Positions 36,187-45,466 are shown, counted from the stretch's first letter. The stretch is DNA of 64,000 nucleotides from an uncultured bacterium (GCA_963801165.1 CAWDDT010000005.1:320001-384000), one strand, 5' to 3'. A program made the numbers and translations. Notes: generated by a model not told the origin, from the letters alone.

Positions 36187-37499
36187 CCATGACCGAGTCG
36201 ATCTCCGTGTTCCTCGCCGACGACAATCTCCTCGTCAGAGAAGGCGTGAGGACGCTGATCGACATGGCTGGAGACTTCGAGATCGTCGGCATGGCCGGTG
36301 ACTTCGACGACCTCGTCGCCGGGGCTACCGCGACCGCGCCGCAGGTGGTGGTGACCGACATCCGTATGCCACCGGACTTCCGGCGGGAGGGCATCGAGGC
36401 GGCCAAGCTGATCCGCAGGCTGCATCCGGGAACCGGGGTCGTCGTGCTCAGCCAGTACGACGACCCCGAGTATGCCGTTTCTCTCCTCTCCGAGGGTGCC
36501 GCCGGTTATGCCTACCTGCTCAAGGACCGCGTTGCCGAGGGGGACCAACTCGCCCGCGCCATCCGTGAGGTGGCAGCGGGGGGATCACTTATCGACCCCA
36601 CCATCGTTGCCGCGCTCACCCGACCGGTGCAACCTGCTGCCGGGCTGGATCCGGAGAGCGAGCGTCTGCTCCATCTGATTGCCGAGGGCACCCCGGTGAA
36701 GGCGATCGCTCTCGCCATCGGCGCTCCCCCGGCCGATGTGGACCGTCGCATCGAGAAGCTGTTCGTGAGTCTGGCCGAGGATGTCTCCACGGGAAGCCTC
36801 GCCGCCATCGACCGTCTCAAGCTTCTCCACCGCGCCATCGTCGACCGAAAGGAGCAGGGCGAAGTGCTGTCGCGGTTGCTGCCAGGCGGTTTGGCGGACA
36901 AACTACGCAACGAGGGAAGAGCCATCGGCGAGACGGAGGAACTGGAGGTGACGGTGCTGATGTCCGACGTACGGGGATACACCACCATCGCCGAGCGCAC
37001 CCACCCCACCGTTCTCGCCGGCCAGCTCAACCGGCATCGTGCCGAGATGAACCGGGCGATCCTCGATCATGGCGGCACCGTCATGCAGTTCGTTGGAGAC
37101 GCCGTGATGGGCGTGTTCGGCGCACCCGATTCGATCCCCGACCACGCCGATTGTGCCCTGGCGGCTGCCCATGCCATGCATGCGGGCCAGCGCTCGGTCA
37201 ACCAGAACTGGCAGGCTGAAGGCCTCGAGCCTTTCGGCCTCGGGATCGGGCTCTCCTCCGGGATGGTCGCCGCCGCGCTCCTCGGCTCCGAGGAGCGAGT
37301 CGAATACAGCGTTGTCGGCGACATCGTGAACCTGACCCAACGGCTGCAGCAATGGGCCGAGCCGGGAGAAACGGTCCTCAGTGAGCCGACCTGGCGTCTG
37401 CTCGCCGGCCGACCCGACGCCGATGAGCTGGAACCGGCCACCGTCAAGGGTCGAGCCGCACCGGTGCGCGCATTTCGGGTTCCCAGGAGGGCCCGATGA
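36183..37499 (+). CDS. Receiver - degenerate LuxR HTH - class III nucleotide cyclase fusion
   Basis: LADD..VTDIRMPP..LSQY..YLLK; SDVRGYT, QFVGD, GIGL, YSVVGDIVNLTQRL; start may be ATG 36189. Confidence 0.9.
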   Translation: MTMTESISVFLADDNLLVREGVRTLIDMAGDFEIVGMAGDFDDLVAGATATAPQVVVTDIRMPPDFRREGIEAAKLIRRLHPGTGVVVLSQYDDPEYAVSLLSEGAAGYAYLLKDRVAEGDQLARAIREVAAGGSLIDPTIVAALTRPVQPAAGLDPESERLLHLIAEGTPVKAIALAIGAPPADVDRRIEKLFVSLAEDVSTGSLAAIDRLKLLHRAIVDRKEQGEVLSRLLPGGLADKLRNEGRAIGETEELEVTVLMSDVRGYTTIAERTHPTVLAGQLNRHRAEMNRAILDHGGTVMQFVGDAVMGVFGAPDSIPDHADCALAAAHAMHAGQRSVNQNWQAEGLEPFGLGIGLSSGMVAAALLGSEERVEYSVVGDIVNLTQRLQQWAEPGETVLSEPTWRLLAGRPDADELEPATVKGRAAPVRAFRVPRRAR

Positions 37500-39538
37500 T
37501 CGACAGACCTCGTGTCGCCGTAGCGCGGACCATGGCGGTCTTCAGCGTCGCCTCTGCAGCCGTAGGACTCGGCTGGCTGGTCGTCATCGGAGACGGCGGT
37601 GCGGCGTGGCACGACTGGATCGTCCACAGCGCGGTCGTCGCCATCTGCGCCGGCGTGATCACATGGCTCGTCGCCCCATCTCAGCCTCGCAACGGCGCCA
37701 TCTGGGTATTGGCATGGGCGGGTCTGCTCACCGGTTTCGAGACCCTCTCCTATGCCGTCGTGGTGGAATTACAACGGATACACGGGATAGGAGGTTCGGC
37801 CCTTGACCTCGTGCCGGCCGACGTTCCCGTCTCGATGGCGCTGGTCATGCAGCAGACGAACTGGCTCTGGATCGGGGTGCTGCTGACTCTGACGTTGCTC
37901 CCGCTGTTTCCCGATGGGCATCTGCCGTCTGCCAAGTGGCGACCCGTAGTGGCGGCGCAGCTCTTCCTCATTGGTATAACCTCGCTGGGTCTCTTCTGGG
38001 AGGCGCGACCGTCGGGAACATTCGCCCTGCGTCAGACTCAGGATCTCGCCGGTGGCTTCCGCAGCGTCTCTGCCGCCTTTGTGACACTCGGCTACCCGCT
38101 CATCTTCGCCGCCGGCATCGCCGGGGTACCAGCTCTGCTGGTTCGCTACCGACACAGCACTGCGGAGGAACGCCAGCAGTTCCGGTGGGTGGCCTGGGGC
38201 GCATCGTTTCTCGGAGTCTCGCTGGTCGTCGCTCTCCTCGGAGCTGAGGTAGCGGGCCGGCTCGATGTCGCCCTCATAGCCGCGGCGATTGCCCTGGCCG
38301 CCTTCCTTGCTTCCCTTGGCATCGCCATCGGCAGGTACAGGCTCTACGACGTCGACGTCCTCATCTCGCGGTCGTTCGTGTTCGGGACGCTGGCGCTTTT
38401 CATCACGGGCGCTTACGTCGGGGTCGTCGTCGGGGTGGGAGCACTGCTCAACCTGGATCAGTCCAGCGCGGGGCTCGAGATCGTGGCCACCGCCCTGGTG
38501 GCTATCGCGTTCCAGCCGCTGCGCCGCAGGCTGCAACGCATCGCAAACCGGATCGCGTTCGGGAAACGAGCCACTCCCTATGAGGTCCTCTCGGAGTTCT
38601 CCCGCAGAGTCGCCGCGGCAGACGAGACTGCGCTGGCCGACATAGCCAGATCGCTCGTGGAAGGGACCAGTGCCACCCAGGCCGCGGTGTGGGTGGGCCG
38701 GCCCGGGAACCGGCACGCCGCCGCCAGCTGGCCGGATGCGGCCGTCGCCGAGGTGACGCTGGAGCGACCCATAGTCCACGGCGGTGAGGAGCTCGGAGCG
38801 GTGACACTGACCGCGGCTCGCGGTCTCCGGCCGGGGCCGGCCGATGCGCAATTGCTCGAGGAGGTCGCCGCCGGACTGGGGCTGGTGCTGCGAAACCTCC
38901 GGTTGAGCGACACCCTGCAGGATCGGATCGACGAGCTTCGCGCCTCGCGGCGCCGTATTGTGGCCGTGCGCGATCAGACGAGGCGCACTCTGGAGCGGGA
39001 CCTCCACGACGGCGCTCAGCAGCAACTCGTCGCCATCAAGGTGAAGCTCGGGCTCGCTCGCCAGCTGGCGGCGAAATCAGGCGCCACCGAGACAGCACAG
39101 CTCGTCGAGTCCATCGCGGCCGGAACCAATGACGCCATCGATGCTATGCGCGACTTTGCTCGCGGCATCTATCCGCCCTTGCTCGAGGCGGAAGGGCTGG
39201 CGGCGGCCCTGTCGGCGCAGATCCGAAAGCTGCAGCTCGAGGTCTCTCTGGTGGCCGATGGTTTCGGACGCAGGCGCAGCGACGTCGAGTCGACGCTGTA
39301 CTTCTGCGCCGTCGACCTGCTGACGAGTGCCAGACAAGGTGGTGCTCAGGTCCAGTTGCGCCTCGTCGCCGACGGCGAGACGGCCGGCTTCGAGCTAACC
39401 CACCCCGATGGCATGTGGTGGAATGCGTCCACCCTGACCGATCTCGCCGACCGTATCGACGCCGCAGGAGGCTCTTTTCTCGTCGATCAGACAGGCACCG
39501 GTGCCGTCGAGGTTGCGATTCCGGAGGTGGTCGGATGA
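37496..39538 (+). CDS. Membrane HisKA_3 sensor kinase: intact H-box, degenerate ATPase domain
   Basis: Multi-TM, GAF-like region, ERDLHDGAQQ; N, G1 and G2 boxes read DLLTSARQG, THPDGMW, ASTL. Confidence 0.85.
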   Translation: MIDRPRVAVARTMAVFSVASAAVGLGWLVVIGDGGAAWHDWIVHSAVVAICAGVITWLVAPSQPRNGAIWVLAWAGLLTGFETLSYAVVVELQRIHGIGGSALDLVPADVPVSMALVMQQTNWLWIGVLLTLTLLPLFPDGHLPSAKWRPVVAAQLFLIGITSLGLFWEARPSGTFALRQTQDLAGGFRSVSAAFVTLGYPLIFAAGIAGVPALLVRYRHSTAEERQQFRWVAWGASFLGVSLVVALLGAEVAGRLDVALIAAAIALAAFLASLGIAIGRYRLYDVDVLISRSFVFGTLALFITGAYVGVVVGVGALLNLDQSSAGLEIVATALVAIAFQPLRRRLQRIANRIAFGKRATPYEVLSEFSRRVAAADETALADIARSLVEGTSATQAAVWVGRPGNRHAAASWPDAAVAEVTLERPIVHGGEELGAVTLTAARGLRPGPADAQLLEEVAAGLGLVLRNLRLSDTLQDRIDELRASRRRIVAVRDQTRRTLERDLHDGAQQQLVAIKVKLGLARQLAAKSGATETAQLVESIAAGTNDAIDAMRDFARGIYPPLLEAEGLAAALSAQIRKLQLEVSLVADGFGRRRSDVESTLYFCAVDLLTSARQGGAQVQLRLVADGETAGFELTHPDGMWWNASTLTDLADRIDAAGGSFLVDQTGTGAVEVAIPEVVG

Positions 39539-41577
39539 AGCGCCTGACGTGGATCGCGACGGCCACCATCGTCATCGCCAGCGTTGCGGCCGGGCTTCTC
39601 TGGAGCGACGGGACCCCGCTGCGTTCGCCATGGATGCTGCCCGCGGCGACCATGACGATCGTCGGGGCAGTGCTCACGTCGAGGGTCCCGGGCAACCCCA
39701 TCGGTCCTCTGTGCCTGTGGTTCGGTCTCGGTGCCGGTGCCACCGCGATCGTTCCTTACAGCCTCCCCTTCTCGTCTGAGAATCAGGCAGCGTGGGCAGA
39801 AGGAATAGGTAGCCTCCTCAACACAGCCTTGGTCGTGCTCACTCTGATCCCCCTCGTGATGCGTTTCCCCGACGGCCATCTGCTCGACCGTCGCTGGCGC
39901 CATGTCGAGCGGGTTGCCGTGCTGGCCGCACTACTCGGTGGGATGGCCGCCCTGATCAACAACGGTTGGGGCGGAGCGCTCGATCAGGCCGTTCGCCAGT
40001 CACCATTGCGCCCGGCATTCGGCGGATTCGCCGACACGGTCGTACCGGTCTTCTATGCGATCCTGAGCCTTCTATTCGCCATCGCCGCTCTGGCCGTGGT
40101 TCTCCGTTTTCGCCGCGCCGACGGTGACGAGCGCGAGCAATTGCGATGGCTCATGTCTGCGGCGGTGATCCTGGTCGTGGCCATCGTCGTCGCCGGACTC
40201 GGCGGCGCCAGCTCGAATGTCGATGCACTCGTGGTAGGTGGGGCGATGTCCCTCGTGCCGGTCGCCATCGCAGTTGCGGTGTTGCGCTACCGGCTCTACG
40301 ACCTCGACCTCGTCATCTCACGCACCCTCCTGTTCGGAATGCTTGTCGTCTTCATCACCGGCGTGTACGCCATTGTCGTTGTCGGGTTGGGGTCGCTTGT
40401 CGGGGGACAGAGGAATCTCGTCCTCTCGATCGGCTCGACCGCTCTTGTGGCGGTTCTCTTCGAGCCGGTTCGCACCAGAACCCAGCGTTGGGCCAACCGG
40501 CTGGTCTTTGGGCGGAAGGCGACCCCATATGAGGTATTGGCCGACCTGACGACCCGGCTGGCCGCGGCCGAGTCATACGAGGGCCTGCTCGAACGGATGG
40601 CGGCGCGCCTGGCAGATGGCATTGGGGCGGCACGCGCAGCAGTCTGGGTCGCCGAGGATGGCGGCTACCGGGCTCTTGCCGCCCATCCGCCGCTTGCGAC
40701 ACGGGAGGTTCTCGCATCGACCATCCCGGGTTGGGTCGTACCGATAGAGCACGACGAAGACACCGTGGGCGTGCTCAGTGTCGAGACCCGGCGAGGCGAG
40801 ATGCTGAGCCCTACCGAGCGCCGCCTCACTGAGGATCTGGCCGGCTCGGCTGGACTCGTCCTCAACAAAGCGAGGCTCGATGCGGCACTGGCGGCAAGGG
40901 CCGCCGATCTGGCGGAGTCGCGACGCCGTCTCGTCGGGGCTGAGGACGCCGAGCGCCGCCACCACGAACAGATTCTCGAAGGCGGGGTGCAGCAGCAACT
41001 GGTCGCCATCAAGCTGCGGCTCGGGATGGCCTCCAGGACCGCGATCGAGGAAGGGGCCGATGCGGTCGGGCAACTACTTCAGGGGATAACCGGTGACGCG
41101 CAGGCCGCTATCGACCAGGTGCGAACGCTGGCCCGAGGCATCTTCCCCCCGCTGCTCGAGACCGAGGGCCTCCGGGCGGCGCTCATCGCGGCCATCGAGC
41201 AGGCTCCGGTCGAGGCTCGGGCCAACATCGACGATGTGGACAGGTTGCCCCGGGATATCGAGGGTGCCGTGTACTTCACCATGTTGGAGGCGATCACCAA
41301 CGCGGTCAAACACGCCGTCGGCCCGATCCACGTGGATCTTCATCGCCGCAAAGACGTTATCGAGTTTGCCGTGGCGGACACCGGCCCCGGTTTCGACCCC
41401 GCGCTCGCTTCGCCCGGTTCGGGCATGGCCAACCTCGCCGACCGGGTCGAGACCGCGGGAGGTGTGTTGCGCATCGAAGCCGCCCCGGGATCACCAACGG
41501 TGATCGCCGGGCGGATCCCCGTCGCCGAGACCACACATATCGCGGCGGCCTCGTACCAGGCCACGGCTCTTGAGTAG
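39535..41577 (+). CDS. Membrane HisKA_3-like sensor kinase: no phospho-His, intact ATPase domain
   Basis: H-box reads EQILEGGVQQ; EAITNAVKHA, DTGPGF, GSGM intact; RBS GGAGG and ATGA overlap. Confidence 0.85.
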   Translation: MKRLTWIATATIVIASVAAGLLWSDGTPLRSPWMLPAATMTIVGAVLTSRVPGNPIGPLCLWFGLGAGATAIVPYSLPFSSENQAAWAEGIGSLLNTALVVLTLIPLVMRFPDGHLLDRRWRHVERVAVLAALLGGMAALINNGWGGALDQAVRQSPLRPAFGGFADTVVPVFYAILSLLFAIAALAVVLRFRRADGDEREQLRWLMSAAVILVVAIVVAGLGGASSNVDALVVGGAMSLVPVAIAVAVLRYRLYDLDLVISRTLLFGMLVVFITGVYAIVVVGLGSLVGGQRNLVLSIGSTALVAVLFEPVRTRTQRWANRLVFGRKATPYEVLADLTTRLAAAESYEGLLERMAARLADGIGAARAAVWVAEDGGYRALAAHPPLATREVLASTIPGWVVPIEHDEDTVGVLSVETRRGEMLSPTERRLTEDLAGSAGLVLNKARLDAALAARAADLAESRRRLVGAEDAERRHHEQILEGGVQQQLVAIKLRLGMASRTAIEEGADAVGQLLQGITGDAQAAIDQVRTLARGIFPPLLETEGLRAALIAAIEQAPVEARANIDDVDRLPRDIEGAVYFTMLEAITNAVKHAVGPIHVDLHRRKDVIEFAVADTGPGFDPALASPGSGMANLADRVETAGGVLRIEAAPGSPTVIAGRIPVAETTHIAAASYQATALE

Positions 41578-41606
41578 GCTTCCCGGTTAGTCACCCTGGG
41601 AATCCG

Positions 41607-42323
41607 ATGAGCACCCACGACAAGCACGTAGTAGCCGAAGAGCCCGCGACCGGGGCCAATGCCACCTCCGAGAGTGAGGAGATGTTCCTCATCACGGTGG
41701 CGCGGGCCATCGAAGACGGACATCCCAGCCCGGTGCCGGTTCCGCTCCTCGCCGACAAGCTGTCCATATCGCGGGTGTCGGCAAACGAGATGACCAAGAA
41801 GCTGGTTGGTAGGGGCTTTGTCGAGTACGAGCCCTATCGCGGGGTCACGCTCACCGCTACGGGAACCGCCGTAGCCAACCGGGTCCTGCGCCGCCGCAGG
41901 CTCTGGGCACTGTTTCTCGCCGAGCATCTTGGTCTGTCCCCTACGGCGGCCGACACCGTTGCCTGCGAGTTCGAGCACATCACGCCGGCGGAGGTAGCCA
42001 CCCGTCTTGCGGGCTTTCTCGGCGACCCTTCGGTCGATCCCGAAGGCAAACCGATACCGGCCGCCGGCAGCTCGATGGGCAACGGCCCGCTCGATCTGGC
42101 TCTTGCCGACCTCGGGGTGGGTCGTCAGAGCGTGGTCACCCGCATCGCCGCTGATTCGGCGATCCGCTCGTTTCTCGAGGATGAGGGAATAGCCGAAGGA
42201 ACCGTGATCACCCTCCTGGCCGTTGGCTCGGACCATGGTTGTCTGGTCGATGGCGGCAACGGCCACGTGCATATGTCGGCCGGGGTTGCAGCCCACGTGC
42301 TCGTCGCTCCGGTGGCCAACTGA
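41607..42323 (+). CDS. DtxR/MntR-family metal-dependent regulator with FeoA domain
   Basis: SANEMTKKL, YEPYRGVTLT, RRRRLWALFL, ACEFEH, DPEGKPIP. Confidence 0.88.
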   Translation: MSTHDKHVVAEEPATGANATSESEEMFLITVARAIEDGHPSPVPVPLLADKLSISRVSANEMTKKLVGRGFVEYEPYRGVTLTATGTAVANRVLRRRRLWALFLAEHLGLSPTAADTVACEFEHITPAEVATRLAGFLGDPSVDPEGKPIPAAGSSMGNGPLDLALADLGVGRQSVVTRIAADSAIRSFLEDEGIAEGTVITLLAVGSDHGCLVDGGNGHVHMSAGVAAHVLVAPVAN

Positions 42324-42331
42324 CCCTCGAC

Positions 42332-42371
42332 TTGACAACATCTCCACCCCGCCTAGATTAGGGCGCCTTAA
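42332..42371 (+). promoter_or_regulatory. Sigma-A promoter with overlapping DtxR-family box
   Basis: TTGACA(42332)-N16-TAGATT(42354); near-palindrome TTAGGGCGCCTTAA at 42358-42371. Confidence 0.75.
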
Positions 42372-42407
42372 ACAATCGTGTAAGTGTGAGTTAATAACCG
42401 GGTAGGC

Positions 42408-43265
42408 ATGTTCTCCAACTTCCTGATCGGCCTCCGCGAAGGTCTCGAGGCGGTCCTCGTCGTCAGCATCCTGGTTGCGTACCTCGTCAAATCGGGCCGG
42501 GGCGACCAACTGACACGCGTCTGGACCGGAGCAGGTATCGCCGTCGCCGTTTCCCTCGCGACCGGCGCCCTCCTCACCTTCGGCCCGCGCGGTCTGACCT
42601 TCGAAGCCCAGGAGGCCATCGGTGGGTTTCTGTCGCTCCTTGCAGTCGGCTTCATCACGTGGATGATCTTCTGGATGGCCCGGACCGCCCGCAATCTGAA
42701 GGGCGAACTCGAGGAGCAAGCCGGCCTGGCCATCAGTGCCGGCAAATGGGGACTCGTGCTGGTGGCGGCACTGGCCGTCGGTAGGGAGGGTCTGGAGACT
42801 GCTCTGTTCCTATGGACCGCTACTAAGGCGGCGGGGTCCACGCTCGAACCCCTGGTGGGTGCTTTCTTCGGCCTGGCCACTGCGGTAATCCTCGGGCTGC
42901 TCATACACCGTGGTGCGGTGCGGATAGATCTGCGGCGGTTCTTCTCGGTAACCGGAGCCCTGCTGATCATCGTCGCTGCCGGTGTGCTGTCCTACGGGAT
43001 CCACGACCTGCAAGAAGCGGGAATACTCCCCGGTCTCGGTGCGGTGGCGTTCGATGTCTCTGGCGCGATTCCACCGTCGTCGTGGTACGGCACGCTGCTC
43101 AAGGGAACGATCAACTTCTCGCCCCGGTCCACATGGCTCGAGACGGTCACCTGGCTGGCCTACACCATCCCGGTGCTCACCGCATTCATCCGCAAGGTGC
43201 GCCCAACACGACCGGTGCCGGGACGATCTGCCGTGCCGGCGGCGACCTCAGGAGCCGCCCGATGA
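42408..43265 (+). CDS. efeU: FTR1-family iron permease
   Basis: Two REGLE motifs, HDLQEAG. Confidence 0.92.
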   Translation: MFSNFLIGLREGLEAVLVVSILVAYLVKSGRGDQLTRVWTGAGIAVAVSLATGALLTFGPRGLTFEAQEAIGGFLSLLAVGFITWMIFWMARTARNLKGELEEQAGLAISAGKWGLVLVAALAVGREGLETALFLWTATKAAGSTLEPLVGAFFGLATAVILGLLIHRGAVRIDLRRFFSVTGALLIIVAAGVLSYGIHDLQEAGILPGLGAVAFDVSGAIPPSSWYGTLLKGTINFSPRSTWLETVTWLAYTIPVLTAFIRKVRPTRPVPGRSAVPAATSGAAR

Positions 43266-43630
43266 CGCGTCGCACCCTGCTCGCTGCCCTCGCCGTCATG
43301 TCCCTTGCGGTGAGTGGTTGCACCAGCAACGGCGACGCGACCACCACCGTCGAGGTGGTCAGCACCGATAAGGAGTGCCGGGTCGCCGCGACGCAAGCAC
43401 CGGTGGGAACGATCACCTTCGATGTGCGCAATGATGGCAACGACGTAACGGAGTTCTACCTGTATGACGAAGATGGTGCGAAGGTGGTCGGTGAGGTGGA
43501 GAACATCGGCCCCGGCGTCACTCGATCGATGGTCGTCGAAGCGGTGGTGGGCTCCTATGAGACCGCATGCAAGCCGGGGATGGCCGGAGACGGGATAAGA
43601 GCCGCGTTCGAGGTGGTGGACACCGGGTGA
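43262..43630 (+). CDS. Cupredoxin-like lipoprotein (EfeO N-terminal domain only)
   Basis: Lipobox VSGC, VTEFY, GEVENIGPG, ACKPGM; stops at 122 aa. Confidence 0.8.
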   Translation: MTRRTLLAALAVMSLAVSGCTSNGDATTTVEVVSTDKECRVAATQAPVGTITFDVRNDGNDVTEFYLYDEDGAKVVGEVENIGPGVTRSMVVEAVVGSYETACKPGMAGDGIRAAFEVVDTG

Positions 43631-43642
43631 CATCTGGCCGGG

Positions 43643-44008
43643 TCAGTCGAATATGAGGCTCCACGGGCCAAACTCGGCTTTCGACACAAAGCCGACCGCC
43701 CCGGCCTCGAGAGCGCGCGACTCGTACTCGGCGCTTTCATAAGTCGAGACCACGAGCACCGCAATATCGGGAAACTCGCTGACGATGCGTCTGGTTGCCT
43801 CGAGCCCGTCGATGCCGGGCAGGTTTATGTCCATCAGAACCAGGTCGGGGGCCGTAGCCGCGATCTTGTCGAGCGCCTCTTCAGCCGAGCCCGCCTCGCC
43901 GGCGAACTCAACTCCGTCCGCCAGCTCGACGACGAGTGCCGCCGCCTGACGGAAGGGAGCCTGGTCATCTACGATCAGGACTCGACGCACCTGCTGATCC
44001 AACTTCAT
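43643..44008 (-). CDS. Single-domain response regulator
   Basis: LIVDD, LMDINLPG, VST, FVSK; no output domain. Confidence 0.85.
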   Translation of the reverse strand: MKLDQQVRRVLIVDDQAPFRQAAALVVELADGVEFAGEAGSAEEALDKIAATAPDLVLMDINLPGIDGLEATRRIVSEFPDIAVLVVSTYESAEYESRALEAGAVGFVSKAEFGPWSLIFD

Positions 44009-44043
44009 ACCCCCATTGTCATCCAAGCCCGGCGGCTCACCAA

Positions 44044-44084
44044 GGGCACAGGCACCACACCGGCCGGTGTGGTTTTCCACACCG
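44044..44084. promoter_or_regulatory. Tandem putative response-regulator operators
   Basis: CGGTGTGG-TTTT-CCACACCG (44065-44084) plus a degenerate copy 22 bp away ending CCACACC (44055-44061). Confidence 0.55.
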
Positions 44085-44087
44085 CTG

Positions 44088-44750
44088 TCACGTCGTCTCG
44101 CCCAGAAATAGAAGCACCGCCTTGACCCGCCGGTTGCCGTCGACGTTTGCTAGTAGATCGAGCTTGGTGAAGATCGAGTTGATGTGCTTCTCCACTGCCC
44201 GCTCCGAGAGGAATAGATCGGCGGCGATGCCGGCATTGGTGCCGCCGGCGGCGACGTGCTCGAGCACTTCCCGCTCCCGGCCCGTCAGCCGTTCCAACTT
44301 GGAACGGCGTCCGGCACTCCGTCCCGCCAGCAACGCGTCGACGACCTTCGGGTCGATCCTCGAACCACCAACCGCAACCCGCTCGATGGCGTCCACCAGC
44401 TCGTTCGCATCACCGAGGCGCTCCTTGAGCAGGTAGGCGAAACCGGAAGACCCGTCCTCCAGCAGGCGGATCGCATACTCCGGCTCGACGTACTGACTCA
44501 GCACGACAACACCGATGTCGGGGTGCAGAGCCCGAATCTCCCGCGCCGCCTTGATGCCCTCGTCGGTACGGCTCGGCGGCATCCTGATGTCGGTAACGAC
44601 AACGTCAGGATGGTGCATCTCGACCGCTTCCAGCAGCTCGTAGTAATTCTCGGCAGTAGCCAGCAGCTCGTACCCGGCGCTTTCCAGCACCAGCTTCTCC
44701 CCCTCGCGTACGATGTAGCTGTCTTCGGCGAGCACCAGCTTGAGACCCAT
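44088..44750 (-). CDS. NarL/LuxR-family DNA-binding response regulator
   Basis: LAEDS, VTDIRMPP, LTGREREVL, LFLSERAVEKHINSIFTKL. Confidence 0.93.
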   Translation of the reverse strand: MGLKLVLAEDSYIVREGEKLVLESAGYELLATAENYYELLEAVEMHHPDVVVTDIRMPPSRTDEGIKAAREIRALHPDIGVVVLSQYVEPEYAIRLLEDGSSGFAYLLKERLGDANELVDAIERVAVGGSRIDPKVVDALLAGRSAGRRSKLERLTGREREVLEHVAAGGTNAGIAADLFLSERAVEKHINSIFTKLDLLANVDGNRRVKAVLLFLGETT

Positions 44751-44815
44751 CAGGTCACACTACACAACGGGCGGTCCGCCCGAAGTGGTTAAGGGAGCGC
44801 CTAGTCTTGCTCGCC

Positions 44816-45346
44816 ATGGCCGTACACATCGCGCTACTACGCGGAATCAACGTCGGTGGCAAGAACCGGCTGGCGATGTCACTGCTGCGCACGATCGCCT
44901 CCGACCTCGGCTACACCGACGTTGTCACGTACATACAGAGCGGGAACATCGTGCTGACGAGCCGTGAGGCGAGCCGCACGGTCGCCGGGAAACTCGAAGG
45001 CGCCATTACCGCGACGACCGGTCTCGACGTCCCTGTGATTGCCCGTACGGCCGCGGAATGGTCCACGATGATGGCGGCGAACCCGTTTCCCGTCGCCGAC
45101 GGCAAGAAGCTGCACGTTGTGTTCCTGCCCGGTCCGGCGGGCGACGCATATAGCCGAATCGATTCAGCCGCCCACGGGCCCGAGGACTTCTCCGTCTCGG
45201 GCAGCCACGTCTTCCTGTGGCTCCCCAACGGGATCGGGCGCAGCAAGCTGGCGGCGGCGATCGGCAGGGCCGGTCAACCCGGTACGGCCCGCAACTGGAA
45301 CACCGTGGTGAAGCTGGCGCAGCTGAGCGGCGCCGAGCAACCGTAG
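44816..45346 (+). CDS. DUF1697 family protein
   Basis: ALLRGINVGG, TYIQSGN, TARNWNTV. Confidence 0.88.
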   Translation: MAVHIALLRGINVGGKNRLAMSLLRTIASDLGYTDVVTYIQSGNIVLTSREASRTVAGKLEGAITATTGLDVPVIARTAAEWSTMMAANPFPVADGKKLHVVFLPGPAGDAYSRIDSAAHGPEDFSVSGSHVFLWLPNGIGRSKLAAAIGRAGQPGTARNWNTVVKLAQLSGAEQP

Positions 45347-45466
45347 GTCGTTGCCAAGCCGCACGCCGTCGGGTGTGGCTTGCTCTCTCTCGGTGGGCTT
45401 CGAGTTCACGAAATGTTCCCCGGCAACCCGGCAACAAGCCGGGTGTTGCCTGCCAGGATGCCAACC

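Noticed and set aside
32937-37499. Pycsar-type anti-phage system (cyclase + cNMP effector + MBL)
   Set aside because: The cyclase is fused to a receiver, sits in a kinase operon and is transcribed away from the cNMP gene; no defence genes nearby and GC looks native. A pyrimidine product is not excluded
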